This document shows positions 37,076 through 47,220 of a DNA stretch of 64,000 bases, one piece after another. The notes below the pieces were generated by a model. That model worked only from the letters and a program-made list of their open reading frames with translations. It did not search any database and was not told the origin of the DNA. The translations under genes were made by a program, and so were the position numbers. Each line of letters opens with the position of its first letter. The first letter of the stretch is position 1. Source of the DNA: a virus (lineage: Duplodnaviria > Caudoviricetes); IMG/VR virus record IMGVR_UViG_3300011429_000087, positions 32,001-96,000 of that record; one strand, written 5' to 3'.

Positions 37076-38870
37076 AACCCGTATCTTGTTTGTTGGTGAA
37101 GCCTCATGTCTATCTACAGGATTTTCCACTTATTATCGCGAACTCTTACCGCGTCTTCATGCAACAGGAAAATATGAAATTGCAGAATTAGGAAGTTATA
37201 TTCGGGCAGATGATCCAAAGGCTATTGACTTCGTAGCTGGAAGATGGAAGTTTTATGGTGTTATGCCGACTAACGAGCAAGAAGCTGGATCGTATAATCA
37301 AGCGTCTAGTCATCCCCGAGATCGTGGCCAAAATATTAATCAATTCGGGGCTGGCAAATTTGATTGGGCGGTCGCAGATTTTAAGCCAGATATTGTTGTT
37401 GATATTCGCGACAATTGGATGTTGACTTGGCAGCTTCGCTCACCATTTCGTAAATGGTTTAAATTAGTATGGATGCCAACAGTGGACGCCGAACCACAGC
37501 ACGAAGACTGGATTAGTGATTACGAACAGGCTGATATTGTATTAGCATACTCAGATTATGGTATTAATACTCTGATGCGTCAGAGCCAAAAAATTAAAGT
37601 TTTCCCACGCCCAATGCGACCCGGCGTAGATATCAATGGCTTTAAACCAGAAGATAGAGAAATAACTCGTGGCAAATATGGCATTAAAATGGATGTGCCT
37701 ATCATCGGCACGGTCATGCGTAACCAATCTCGAAAACTATATCCAGACCTAATTGATGCGTTTGCCAGAATGAAAAAGAAATTTCAGGGCGAGTCAGTAG
37801 TTGATAAATCGGTTTTAATGTTACATTCCTGTTGGCCCGATAACGCATATTCGTACGATTATCCTAGACATGTGATGCGACTTCACGCATACTCTTGGCT
37901 ACCTAATCATTTTAAAGGATTAAAGAATTCCGTCCTACAGACCTTCATGTGTCATAACAAAGACTGTGGCAAGACCCACATTGGTTTTGCAATGGCTATT
38001 TATGGTCGTCCTATTCAACAGAATGTAGTTCCAATGCCTTGTCCACATTGTGGTAAGAATAGTGCCACTTGCCCCACGACAGGGCAAGGATTTAATCGTG
38101 AGCAACTATCCGAGATTTATAATCTCATGGATCTTTATGTTCAGTGCTCTATTTGCGAAGGTGACGGAATGCCAATTCAGGAAGCAAAAGCCTGTGGAGT
38201 ACCTACGCTTGTAATGGACTACACTGCAATGCGTGAGAAGGGCCGTTTTCCACAGGAATATATGCATTTTGCAAAGCATAAGATTACCGAGGAAAATTAT
38301 GGTGCCCATCGGGGAGGCGAAGTAATTAGGGTTGATAGATATTACTATGAGCCAGAAACGTCTTGTATGCGAGCATTACCAGACCTAGATGATATGGCTC
38401 AAAAAATGAGAGATATTATTACAAATAAAGAACGTCATGCCAAAATGGTAACTGATGCAAGACAATGTGCAGAAAATGTGTATGATTGGGATAAATTATA
38501 TAAGCAGTGGGAATTTTTGTTTGATAGTATTAAAATAAAAGATCGTACCAATACTTGGAATTCTCCAGTTGTTGTACACGAGACTCCAAAACCGCCGACG
38601 CCTCCAGATAATCTAGACGATGAAAAATATGTTGATTGGCTATATCTAAATATTATGAAATATCCTACGGTTGATACGAATGGTGCTCAAATGTGGCTAC
38701 ATCATTTAAAGAATGGTCTTTCAAGGCAACAGCTTTTCGACCAATTTGTAAATCTATCAAAGCAGCAAGATGATGATGAAAACTCTAGACAAAAGATTCG
38801 TGCTAGTGTCGCTCTTGCTAAGGGTGAGGCAGTAATAATGCCCACAAAGCCGAAGATGGAGTTCGTATAA
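37065..38870 (+). CDS. GT-B (GT4-like) glycosyltransferase with Zn-ribbon insert and C-terminal DUF4214-like domain
   Basis: IGTVMRNQSRK, YNLMDLYVQCSICEGDGMPIQEAKACGVP, CHNKDC/CPHC insert, DDEKYVDWLY...GAQMWLHHLKNGLSRQQL. Confidence 0.85.
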   Translation: MSYKTRILFVGEASCLSTGFSTYYRELLPRLHATGKYEIAELGSYIRADDPKAIDFVAGRWKFYGVMPTNEQEAGSYNQASSHPRDRGQNINQFGAGKFDWAVADFKPDIVVDIRDNWMLTWQLRSPFRKWFKLVWMPTVDAEPQHEDWISDYEQADIVLAYSDYGINTLMRQSQKIKVFPRPMRPGVDINGFKPEDREITRGKYGIKMDVPIIGTVMRNQSRKLYPDLIDAFARMKKKFQGESVVDKSVLMLHSCWPDNAYSYDYPRHVMRLHAYSWLPNHFKGLKNSVLQTFMCHNKDCGKTHIGFAMAIYGRPIQQNVVPMPCPHCGKNSATCPTTGQGFNREQLSEIYNLMDLYVQCSICEGDGMPIQEAKACGVPTLVMDYTAMREKGRFPQEYMHFAKHKITEENYGAHRGGEVIRVDRYYYEPETSCMRALPDLDDMAQKMRDIITNKERHAKMVTDARQCAENVYDWDKLYKQWEFLFDSIKIKDRTNTWNSPVVVHETPKPPTPPDNLDDEKYVDWLYLNIMKYPTVDTNGAQMWLHHLKNGLSRQQLFDQFVNLSKQQDDDENSRQKIRASVALAKGEAVIMPTKPKMEFV

Positions 38871-39535
38871 TGCGTCTGGACAATAAATGGACGGACGAAG
38901 AATTAAGATTTTTAAGACTATATTATCCTAATACTATCAGGAATGTTTTAATTGAACATTTTCCTAAAAGAACATACGAATCTATCAGGTCAATGGCTAA
39001 ACATCTTGGAATTAAAAGAGACAACGGTTTTAGAGATACTTCTATTTGTAGACGTGGACATCAAAAACTATTAGGATCTAAATGTATTGTATGTTATGAT
39101 GAATATCAAATTAATCTTCGTAATAAAGATCCTAAATTTTTTGCTAGAGCACAAAGAAAATATAAACAACGCCATCCAGAAACAGTTAAGGAAAAACATA
39201 TAAAACATAAGCAAGATTATCGCAAACAATGGTTGTCTTATCTTAGATTGAAATATAGTGATAATCCACATTGTGCAATATGTAATATTGAAGTTTTTTG
39301 GGAACATCCAAAACATAGAAGTCGAGCATGTTTAGATCATAGACGCGGCAACGAAATTATTAAAAAATCTCCAAGAACATGGATACAAAATAAACCATGT
39401 AACGAAACGAATATTAAGATATTTGAGTCATGTGACTTTGGTCTACTCTGTAATCAGTGTAACTTATTATTACCATCAGATCAAAACTATAGATTGACAA
39501 TGGTAAATAATCTTTTAAAATATTTAAGGCAATAA
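38870..39535 (+). CDS. Endonuclease VII-like free-standing homing endonuclease
   Basis: CAIC...LDH...GLLCNQCNLLL. AT-rich. N-terminal WTDEEL..L...Y module. Confidence 0.75.
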   Translation: MRLDNKWTDEELRFLRLYYPNTIRNVLIEHFPKRTYESIRSMAKHLGIKRDNGFRDTSICRRGHQKLLGSKCIVCYDEYQINLRNKDPKFFARAQRKYKQRHPETVKEKHIKHKQDYRKQWLSYLRLKYSDNPHCAICNIEVFWEHPKHRSRACLDHRRGNEIIKKSPRTWIQNKPCNETNIKIFESCDFGLLCNQCNLLLPSDQNYRLTMVNNLLKYLRQ

Positions 39536-39536
39536 T

Positions 39537-40799
39537 ATGAAAATATGTTTCGCCTCTCCGTGTCTGGACTTCTCAGGTTTTTCCTCGGCCTCTCGTAATT
39601 TTTTACATGCGTTATACGTCGCATCACAAGATCCAGGTAGTAATTTACAATTAACTGCTAGACCTCTGCGATACGATATGCCAGACCCGGGTGCGGAATT
39701 TAGACCAGAACCGTGGCTCTCTAAGTTGTTACAAGCATCTCTACAAGATGTTGATTGTTTAATTCAGGCAACTACTTGTAATATTGAAGCTGTGCCAAAG
39801 CCGGGCATACTTAATGCCCTATATACATTTTTTGAATTAGATAGAATACCCGGACCCTGGATAGACAAGGCGAATGAATTTGATTTCATTATTGTGCCGT
39901 GTCAATATAATGGCCAAATGTTAGTAAGATGTGGTATAACAAAGCCAATTTTTATTATTCAACCCCCGACAGACTTATCACGATATGACACATTTATGAA
40001 ACCGGTTGCAGATCCAGAATTGCCCGATCTATCTGGTAAAACCATCTTCTATAATATTTGTCAGCTTTCTGGTAAGAAGGGGATTGATTCATTATTGAGA
40101 GCATATTATGCGGCATTTGCAGATATGCCAGAAGAAGTCGTGCTAGTTCTTAAAACATATATTAATATGGGATTCCGTGGTAATGACCTGAAAACGGTTA
40201 AAGATTTTATTCAGAGAGTTAAACAGGGCTGCAATATTCCAGCAGAAAAGTTGCCGCCAGTATTGCCAATAGTTAATATATTTAGCGATAATCAGATTCG
40301 TGGACTACATACAAAATGTGATGTTTATGTAAATTCTTCTAGAGCAGAAGGATTTTGCTTGCCAGCGTTTGATGCTCTCGGATTTGGCAAAACATTAATC
40401 AGTAATAATTTCGGTGGTATGGCAGAATATGTAACGAAAGATACTGCACTTATATATGGCGGCTGTATCAGTAATGTTTATGATCAGCCACATCCCGAAC
40501 CATTCCTATATAGCGGTCTTTCAAGATGGTTTGAACCATCAACTGCACATATGGCCGATGCGATGCGGTCATATCATCTATTAAAAAAGGGTGCTGCGGC
40601 TGGTACGCTAGATGAAGAATCTAATAAGATATGGACATCTATTGCACAGCAACGAGAAAACGGAAAACAGTTGGTCCAAAGATATTGTCTTCAAAAGAAC
40701 GGCCCGCCTATTTTCGGACTTCTCAAGCAGGCTTTCGATAGTTGGAAGGTCAATGGAAGAGTTATATTAAGTCAGCCAGAGGCAAAGACAAATGAATAA
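39537..40799 (+). CDS. GT-B (GT4-like) glycosyltransferase
   Basis: KKGIDSLLRAY, CDVYVNSSRAEGFCLPAFDALGFGK. Confidence 0.9.
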   Translation: MKICFASPCLDFSGFSSASRNFLHALYVASQDPGSNLQLTARPLRYDMPDPGAEFRPEPWLSKLLQASLQDVDCLIQATTCNIEAVPKPGILNALYTFFELDRIPGPWIDKANEFDFIIVPCQYNGQMLVRCGITKPIFIIQPPTDLSRYDTFMKPVADPELPDLSGKTIFYNICQLSGKKGIDSLLRAYYAAFADMPEEVVLVLKTYINMGFRGNDLKTVKDFIQRVKQGCNIPAEKLPPVLPIVNIFSDNQIRGLHTKCDVYVNSSRAEGFCLPAFDALGFGKTLISNNFGGMAEYVTKDTALIYGGCISNVYDQPHPEPFLYSGLSRWFEPSTAHMADAMRSYHLLKKGAAAGTLDEESNKIWTSIAQQRENGKQLVQRYCLQKNGPPIFGLLKQAFDSWKVNGRVILSQPEAKTNE

Positions 40800-41829
40800 T
40801 ATAATGTATGTGCCACAAATGGCATCAGTAGTAGAAAGAATAAATTCGCCTCCCAAACTTGTTCAATGTATTCAGTGTTTGAATGAAGAAGAATTTATTG
40901 GAATAACTCTTAAGTCTATCTATGATGAAGTTGATCAGATTATTGTGATTGAGGGGGCAGTTACTAATCGTCCCAAATCAACTCCAGACGGCCACTCAAT
41001 AGATAAAACGTGGGAGATTATTCAGGACTTTGTAAAGAATCACGATCCTAAAAAGAAGATATTGCCAATTAGAATTAAAAAATTCTGGAAGAATCTGGAA
41101 GAATTAAAGCAAACCTTTATTGATCTCACGAACGATGGCGATTGGATCATTATTAATGATACTGACGAGATTTATAAGCCAGAGGATATTCGAAGGGTGC
41201 GTCGAGCAATAGAGCTACATCCGCACGCCTGCGAGATCATTCCTACTTTTCTCCATTTCTATAGAGATTTTAAGCATTTATATGCTCCTGCCGCAGAGTG
41301 GCAGCCGCAACATCAGCGTATTTTTAAGCGTATCAATGGTATGAAGTATCATAGTCATCCTATCGTCACCTTACCTGACGGTCATTGTAGTTACTTCTCT
41401 ATGCATATGCAACATCGTCGATATGTTCTCGACAAGTTCTTCGTCTTCCACTATGGCTATGCTCGTTCTGGCATGGATGAGACAATGAAAGAAAAACAAG
41501 AATTCTATAAAAAGGAACTTGCAGGACACGGCCGAGCCGACATTAAATTCGATACCAAGGTCAGTGAATGGATTAATAGGGCAGAAATGAATTCACACAT
41601 TCTTGAGTTTCCCTTAGAAGAACACCCTGCTGTCATTAGGGAACATCCCATGTTCAACTTTTCAGATGCAGTTTTTGCTACACAAAAATTTGCTTCTTGG
41701 ACAGAAGACAGATTATATTCTAAGGTGCTTACTAATCAACCATACGGCAATATTTGGCTATGCATGAACCAAATTTCCGCACCAGCACTTCCATTCTTTC
41801 ACAACCAGATTAGTTTATTATCTCCCTAG
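40792..41829 (+). CDS. GT-A (GT2-like) glycosyltransferase
   Basis: LNEEEFI..TLKSI..VDQIIVIEG...SIDKT, WIIINDTDE (DxD), HYGY. Confidence 0.85.
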   Translation: MNNIMYVPQMASVVERINSPPKLVQCIQCLNEEEFIGITLKSIYDEVDQIIVIEGAVTNRPKSTPDGHSIDKTWEIIQDFVKNHDPKKKILPIRIKKFWKNLEELKQTFIDLTNDGDWIIINDTDEIYKPEDIRRVRRAIELHPHACEIIPTFLHFYRDFKHLYAPAAEWQPQHQRIFKRINGMKYHSHPIVTLPDGHCSYFSMHMQHRRYVLDKFFVFHYGYARSGMDETMKEKQEFYKKELAGHGRADIKFDTKVSEWINRAEMNSHILEFPLEEHPAVIREHPMFNFSDAVFATQKFASWTEDRLYSKVLTNQPYGNIWLCMNQISAPALPFFHNQISLLSP

Positions 41830-41852
41830 CACCACAACCTATGGAGAAAAAT

Positions 41853-43238
41853 ATGTTTTGCACAAAGCTGGCACCAAAGTTTACTATAGAAATTGACGAC
41901 ATTAATCTATGGATTACTTTTGCCGATACGGATAATGGTTTTAAGTCCGTTTATAATATTGACAAAGTAGCCAAACTTGCAGAAGACGGATTTCTAGTAC
42001 AACCGCACTGTGGACATACGATTAGTAATGGCACAGGTCTATTGCCAATCACGTACGCTCTAAGCTTTGAAAATAGTCTTGCCAGACTTACCGGTCCTCC
42101 TTCAAACCTACAAGGCGGAGATTGGCATCAGACACGTTCCAGTCACGCTACCGGCGACAATGATAGATTCTTTATTTCGGTGGGTGGCGAAAGATGTCAA
42201 CGCGGATTCATAGACGGTCTAATGTCCCTCAAATCTAGAGCGATTGACCAAGAAAATAGACCTGTAGCTTGGTGGCCTTTTACATTTAAATATAATGGCT
42301 ACTATGGCACACTTGATAATGGTGTAGATACGTGGAAATACGATCAGGCTATGCTAAATGGCGTGAGCGATCCTTCAAATGGATGGGACATCTTTGATCC
42401 CGCTCATCTTGAATCCGCATGTCTATTCTATGGAGCGGCTATAGGCGATCGTCAATGTCTAGCTAACTTCTTCATGCTTGCTGCATGGGTCTACTCAACC
42501 TTCCCGGGCGGGGGACCAAAAGCTGGTAGCGTCCAAAAAGGATGGCACGGCAGTAATCAAGAACGGGCCAGAGGATGGCGTTATTGGTTTGACGCCCGGG
42601 CCATTATGCTTGGTTTTGATACTGCCGATGCAGCCGTCACAGATATTTTCTTTGCCGGTCGGGGCCCCAAGAAACATGCCGTAGCTATTTTAAAAGATAC
42701 ACTTGATAATCCTCAACCGCTTGGAGGAGATCATGCCGATGAACGAACAATGGTTGATTTTAAAGATGGAAGTGGCGAAATTAAGGGATTCTATCCGTGG
42801 GCAAACGGCATTATGGTTGGTGGTTGGGGCTATTTCCGCAGAACAGGCATTGTCAATGATCCATTAAAGACACAAGTGGATACGTGGATGTTAGATCGTG
42901 CGACAGAAGTTATTAAAAGAACGGTTAGCTTTAATGGGACATCTTATGCAGCTTCTAGCACCAGTACATTTGTCCAGGCGGATGTAGATAAAGCCAATGC
43001 CCTAGAAAAAGATAAAGGGCATTTCTATGAGTTAGTTGATTTCGGCGGCGGCGTAGGCGTCATTAGAGATAAGCCCCGCAAGGCTGATTCTGAAGTAATG
43101 GCTGGAGGTCTTGCTTTACTTTATAATTATGATAATTTGACCGTACAGACTTTATTAAATGTATGCGATAAAGTTGGATCAACCGATTATGATAAGCGGG
43201 CTAAATATTTGGATGTCGCATACGGACAGATTTCTTAA
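41853..43238 (+). CDS. Hypothetical Trp/Gly/Asp-rich protein (possible carbohydrate-active enzyme)
   Basis: GGAG RBS before ATG 41853. Own terminator. No family recognised with confidence. Confidence 0.6.
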   Translation: MFCTKLAPKFTIEIDDINLWITFADTDNGFKSVYNIDKVAKLAEDGFLVQPHCGHTISNGTGLLPITYALSFENSLARLTGPPSNLQGGDWHQTRSSHATGDNDRFFISVGGERCQRGFIDGLMSLKSRAIDQENRPVAWWPFTFKYNGYYGTLDNGVDTWKYDQAMLNGVSDPSNGWDIFDPAHLESACLFYGAAIGDRQCLANFFMLAAWVYSTFPGGGPKAGSVQKGWHGSNQERARGWRYWFDARAIMLGFDTADAAVTDIFFAGRGPKKHAVAILKDTLDNPQPLGGDHADERTMVDFKDGSGEIKGFYPWANGIMVGGWGYFRRTGIVNDPLKTQVDTWMLDRATEVIKRTVSFNGTSYAASSTSTFVQADVDKANALEKDKGHFYELVDFGGGVGVIRDKPRKADSEVMAGGLALLYNYDNLTVQTLLNVCDKVGSTDYDKRAKYLDVAYGQIS

Positions 43239-43265
43239 GTAAGATGAATCATTACTGACATAATG

Positions 43266-43302
43266 GAGACGTGGAGCACCGGCTCTGCGTCTCTTTTATT
43301 TT
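43266..43302 (+). terminator. Rho-independent terminator
   Basis: 12-bp stem GAGACGTGGAGC-ACCG-GCTCTGCGTCTC followed by TTTTATTTT. Confidence 0.85.
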
Positions 43303-43313
43303 AAGGTCACACG

Positions 43314-44174
43314 ATGATATCTTATCTAGTTTCGTCCTATGATAGTGGACAGTACCTTGACGGACACTTACGTAATCTTCTGGAAGAACAGACCAGCAAA
43401 GATTTAGAGGTTATCGTAGTTGTTCCAAATTCGCCAGGGATAGATGCGGTTATAGCCCATAAATGGGCCAAGCAAGATTCCCGTGTTAACTTTTTAGAAC
43501 TGTCATATAGAGAACCATATGGGGCTTCATGGCTCCGTGCCTGGATGGAGGCAAAAGGTGAGTTCGTATGCAACTCTAATGCGGATGATTTTCATCACCC
43601 TAAGTTTAATGAAATATTCTATCAGATGGCTCACGGCGAAATGCATCATGAAATTCCTGGATATAATTCACCAAATGAAGATCCAGCATTTTGGTATGGC
43701 GGAATAGTTGTAGTAGACGAAGATACTAAACAGGTCAAAGGCGTTGGGAAGAGACAACCATTTGATCGCGTCAGATTTTCTTACGAGTGCGATGGTGGTC
43801 CACAGGTCTGTTGGCGAAACGATCTTGTTTTTACCCAAAGACTTAATTGGGATCTTATGTGGGAACGTTCTAGACAACATACGTCGGCATTTGATTACTG
43901 GTTATGGCTATATTTTATGTCATTAGGATATCGTGGTAGCGTCATAAACGAATGCTTAACTTATTATACACAACGTAAATTCTCTATTGAGAACCGCAAC
44001 AAAGGGCAGAATACTTACGAAGCTCTTGCGTCAATTGCCGAGTTCTTCCCGCACAATTTTAATCCTGGCGGGCCTCGCTACAAAGAGCATCCAGAATTCG
44101 GAGATTTTAAAAATCTTCCTCCAAAGGAAGAGTGGGTCCAGGCTCGTAATGAGGGGCGTCAATGGAAAGCATAA
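43314..44174 (+). CDS. GT2 glycosyltransferase
   Basis: ISYLVSSYDSGQYL...LEVIVV...AKGEFVCNSNADD...FDYWLWL. Confidence 0.88.
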   Translation: MISYLVSSYDSGQYLDGHLRNLLEEQTSKDLEVIVVVPNSPGIDAVIAHKWAKQDSRVNFLELSYREPYGASWLRAWMEAKGEFVCNSNADDFHHPKFNEIFYQMAHGEMHHEIPGYNSPNEDPAFWYGGIVVVDEDTKQVKGVGKRQPFDRVRFSYECDGGPQVCWRNDLVFTQRLNWDLMWERSRQHTSAFDYWLWLYFMSLGYRGSVINECLTYYTQRKFSIENRNKGQNTYEALASIAEFFPHNFNPGGPRYKEHPEFGDFKNLPPKEEWVQARNEGRQWKA

Positions 44175-45298
44175 AACGCAAAGCGAGAGTAGTTCACCTA
44201 ATGAAAGACCTGGGCTTAGGTGGCACACAAAAGACCGCACAACTATTCTGCAAAGCATTGGTGAAGAAATATGCCGATTTCTATGATGTAACCGTTCTTT
44301 ATAATGCTGCCCACGATATGACTCGCTATAGGGATTTCCTAGAAATCCTTGGTTCAGAGGAACGTATGGTTCCTTATCGGTTTGATAACCAAGGGGTCGA
44401 AATCTTGCAGTCTTTGCGGCCAGACATTACACATGTATATAGGGCCGGTATACCAGAATGGCCCATCCCGGGCAAGGATATCAAACAAACCATATTTGTT
44501 GAAACTAATGTTTTTGGTTTTCTAGATCCAAATCCCAACGTGAATAAAACTTTATTCATGAGTAATTGGCTCACGGAATGTTCTAAGAGACAGCACGGCG
44601 AAGGAATATTTAATACGCTTGATAAGCAGGGCAGATTTGATTTCATCAATAATCCAGTTGATAGTCCTGCCACAGATGAAAAGCTGATTTTAAATCTCGA
44701 TAAAGATTTTGTAGTTTTGGGTAGATGCGGCAGACCAGATGACGGCATTTATGATGACGTCAATGTAAAGGCGGCTCTAATTCTTCAGGCCAAAGGCCAT
44801 AAAGTTTTCTTTCTTTCTTTGGCTCCGCCGCCTAGAATGATGGACGATTTAGATAAGTATGGTATTCCGCACATCAATATAGCTCCAACGGTCGATCCAA
44901 TCGTTCTCAGTGCTTTCTATAATTCTATTGATATCCTCGCACATGCCCGGGCGGACGGGGAAACGTTCGGAAGTAATATTGCAGAAGCAATGATGCACGG
45001 TAAGCCAGTTGTTACGCATATTGCAATTCCGAGCCATCCTAGAATGGGAGTTTTTCAGGCTCAGACGGAATTGGTTAAGGATGGAGTTACCGGATTTGTG
45101 TGCGAGCATAATGCCGCAGCGTATGCGGAGCAACTTGAAAAGTTAGTGATTGTTAAGCCAGCAAGAGCAAAATTTGGACAGGCCGGAAAAGAATGGGCCG
45201 TGCGGAATTGCAGCACAGAAGTTTGTGGAGCGAAATTGCACGAAGTATATCAGAATTTATTATATCGTTGGGGCCATACTATTAGACCGAGGAGTTAA
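44162..45298 (+). CDS. GT4 glycosyltransferase (paralog of 47189..48274)
   Basis: LGLGGTQK, GETFGSNIAEAMMHGKPVV, ELVKDGVTGF. Confidence 0.9.
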   Translation: MESIKRKARVVHLMKDLGLGGTQKTAQLFCKALVKKYADFYDVTVLYNAAHDMTRYRDFLEILGSEERMVPYRFDNQGVEILQSLRPDITHVYRAGIPEWPIPGKDIKQTIFVETNVFGFLDPNPNVNKTLFMSNWLTECSKRQHGEGIFNTLDKQGRFDFINNPVDSPATDEKLILNLDKDFVVLGRCGRPDDGIYDDVNVKAALILQAKGHKVFFLSLAPPPRMMDDLDKYGIPHINIAPTVDPIVLSAFYNSIDILAHARADGETFGSNIAEAMMHGKPVVTHIAIPSHPRMGVFQAQTELVKDGVTGFVCEHNAAAYAEQLEKLVIVKPARAKFGQAGKEWAVRNCSTEVCGAKLHEVYQNLLYRWGHTIRPRS

Positions 45299-45305
45299 CA
45301 AAGTC

Positions 45306-46982
45306 GTGATCAAAGATAATAAAACTTTAGATGGTAGAAATATTATCCATATTACTAATGAATCTCACGCTAAAGTTATAAGGATATGTGATTTATGTCA
45401 AAAAGAAGATATAGTTAATTGGAGAGATATTATTAGGTCTAGAAATAAGAAAAAAAACATGAATTTGTCAGAACTAGATACGTGTAAAAAATGTTCTTAT
45501 AAAATATTTCCTTCTTACATAAAGGGAAAACATTTGTCTTTAGAAACTAGGAAAAAATTATCAGAATTTGGTAAAACAAGATTTAGTAATCCGAAAAATA
45601 AAGAATATCTTTGTGACAGGAATAAAGAAAATAATCCAAACTACAAAAGTGGATTTAGATTAAGACGTGGTGGCCATATATCCAGAAGAGAATTAGGCAA
45701 AGAAATACAAGTTCATAGAGAGATTTATGAACAATATAATAATATAAAATTATTAGATACTGACATCATACATCATATTAATTGTAATCCAATAGACAAT
45801 AGAATAAATAATCTTGCATTATTCAAAACGACCGGCCAGCATATGCATGCACACAGACAATTAGAAAGTATAGCGGCAAAACTTGTAGAGAGAAAAATAA
45901 TTCTTTTCAATCATGATACTGGAGAATATTATTTAGATCCATGCGTTGATTTAAATACATCTCCAATTAGTCTTGGTTTTGAAGATATAGCCATTACACA
46001 ACAAAAAAATATATGTCAGTCTAGACTTGATGTTAATATATCATCTAAAATAACAAAAAAAATTATTCGCCCCGTCCCATTTCTTGCATCAAATATGTCT
46101 ACGGTTATTAATGAGCAATTTTATATTAAATTGTACGATCTTGGAGCACTTGGAATTATGCATCGTGTTTGGGATATAGACGATAATTATATTTTAACTA
46201 TGAAACGAATTTCTAGTCACTGCAACATTGTGGCGGCGTCGGTTGGTGTAGGAGATCGTCAAATCGAACTAGCCAAAAGATTAATAAAAGATGGAAATGT
46301 TAATGTATTATGTATAGATGTTGCTCATGGTTTTTCTGATGTTATAAAATATACGGCAAAAGCGATTAAATCTTTTGATAAAGACGTGCAATTGATTATT
46401 GGTAATACAACTAATCCAGATATTATATATGATATATATCAATATGCCGATTCTATAAAAGTAGGAATTGCCCAAGGACTTGCCTGCGAGACTAAAAATA
46501 CTGCCGGTTGTACAGAAAAACAATTCTCTACTATCTTAAAATTTAAGCAAATCTCGAAAGACTTTGGCATTCCTATTATTGGAGATGGCGGAGTACGTGA
46601 GGCATCAGATTTTGTTAAAGGAATAGCAGCCGGGGCGTCTGCTATAATGGCCGGTTCTACTTTTGCATCTTGTCCCGAGTCAGCCGCAGAAATAGTAGAA
46701 ATAGACGGTGTAAAAAAGAAACTTTATGCGGGAATGGCTAGTCGTTACGTTCAAGAAAAATGGCGTGGTGGACTAAAGCCGGGGACTTGTTCTGAAGGAA
46801 AGATTGTGTATCTTGATATAAAACGTCCCGTCGCGGAATTAATTGAACGTTATGCAGGAGCATTAAGAAGTGGAATTACGTATAGTGGGGCGACTTCTAT
46901 TAAAGAAATGCAAGACAGGGCGGAATTTATTCGTATTCCAAATTTGGAGGGAACCCCACATGTGGCTAATCGTTTGGTTTAA
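45306..46982 (+). CDS. NUMOD3-HNH endonuclease fused in frame to an IMP dehydrogenase/GMP reductase (GuaB/GuaC family)
   Basis: N-terminal GKHLSLETRKKLSE and VHREIY...IHHINCNPIDNRINNL. From ~45969: LGFEDI...PFLASNMSTV, IDVAHG, KVGIAQGLAC, PIIGDGGVR, YAGMAS, LRSGITYSGA. GAGGAG RBS before GTG 45306. Confidence 0.85.
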   Translation: MIKDNKTLDGRNIIHITNESHAKVIRICDLCQKEDIVNWRDIIRSRNKKKNMNLSELDTCKKCSYKIFPSYIKGKHLSLETRKKLSEFGKTRFSNPKNKEYLCDRNKENNPNYKSGFRLRRGGHISRRELGKEIQVHREIYEQYNNIKLLDTDIIHHINCNPIDNRINNLALFKTTGQHMHAHRQLESIAAKLVERKIILFNHDTGEYYLDPCVDLNTSPISLGFEDIAITQQKNICQSRLDVNISSKITKKIIRPVPFLASNMSTVINEQFYIKLYDLGALGIMHRVWDIDDNYILTMKRISSHCNIVAASVGVGDRQIELAKRLIKDGNVNVLCIDVAHGFSDVIKYTAKAIKSFDKDVQLIIGNTTNPDIIYDIYQYADSIKVGIAQGLACETKNTAGCTEKQFSTILKFKQISKDFGIPIIGDGGVREASDFVKGIAAGASAIMAGSTFASCPESAAEIVEIDGVKKKLYAGMASRYVQEKWRGGLKPGTCSEGKIVYLDIKRPVAELIERYAGALRSGITYSGATSIKEMQDRAEFIRIPNLEGTPHVANRLV

Positions 46983-47220
46983 AAATCTAAAATGGATTAG
47001 GGCCATCAGAGATTATGATGGGTTAGTAAATTCAGTAAACGTCGGATTAAAACTTCAACGTGAATGTGATAGATTAAAAGAAGAGAATGATCAGGTGCGA
47101 CAAGTATTTCATGCACATAGAACTGCCGCCATACAATCAATAGTTGAAGCTCATAAAGCCGAACAAGAATACAAGAGAAAACTTTTAGATGACAAAAATT
47201 CGAATCGTCCATCATTCTAA
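46960..47220 (+). CDS. Small coiled-coil hypothetical protein
   Basis: GGAGG RBS before ATG 46960. Confidence 0.55.
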   Translation: MWLIVWFKNLKWIRAIRDYDGLVNSVNVGLKLQRECDRLKEENDQVRQVFHAHRTAAIQSIVEAHKAEQEYKRKLLDDKNSNRPSF

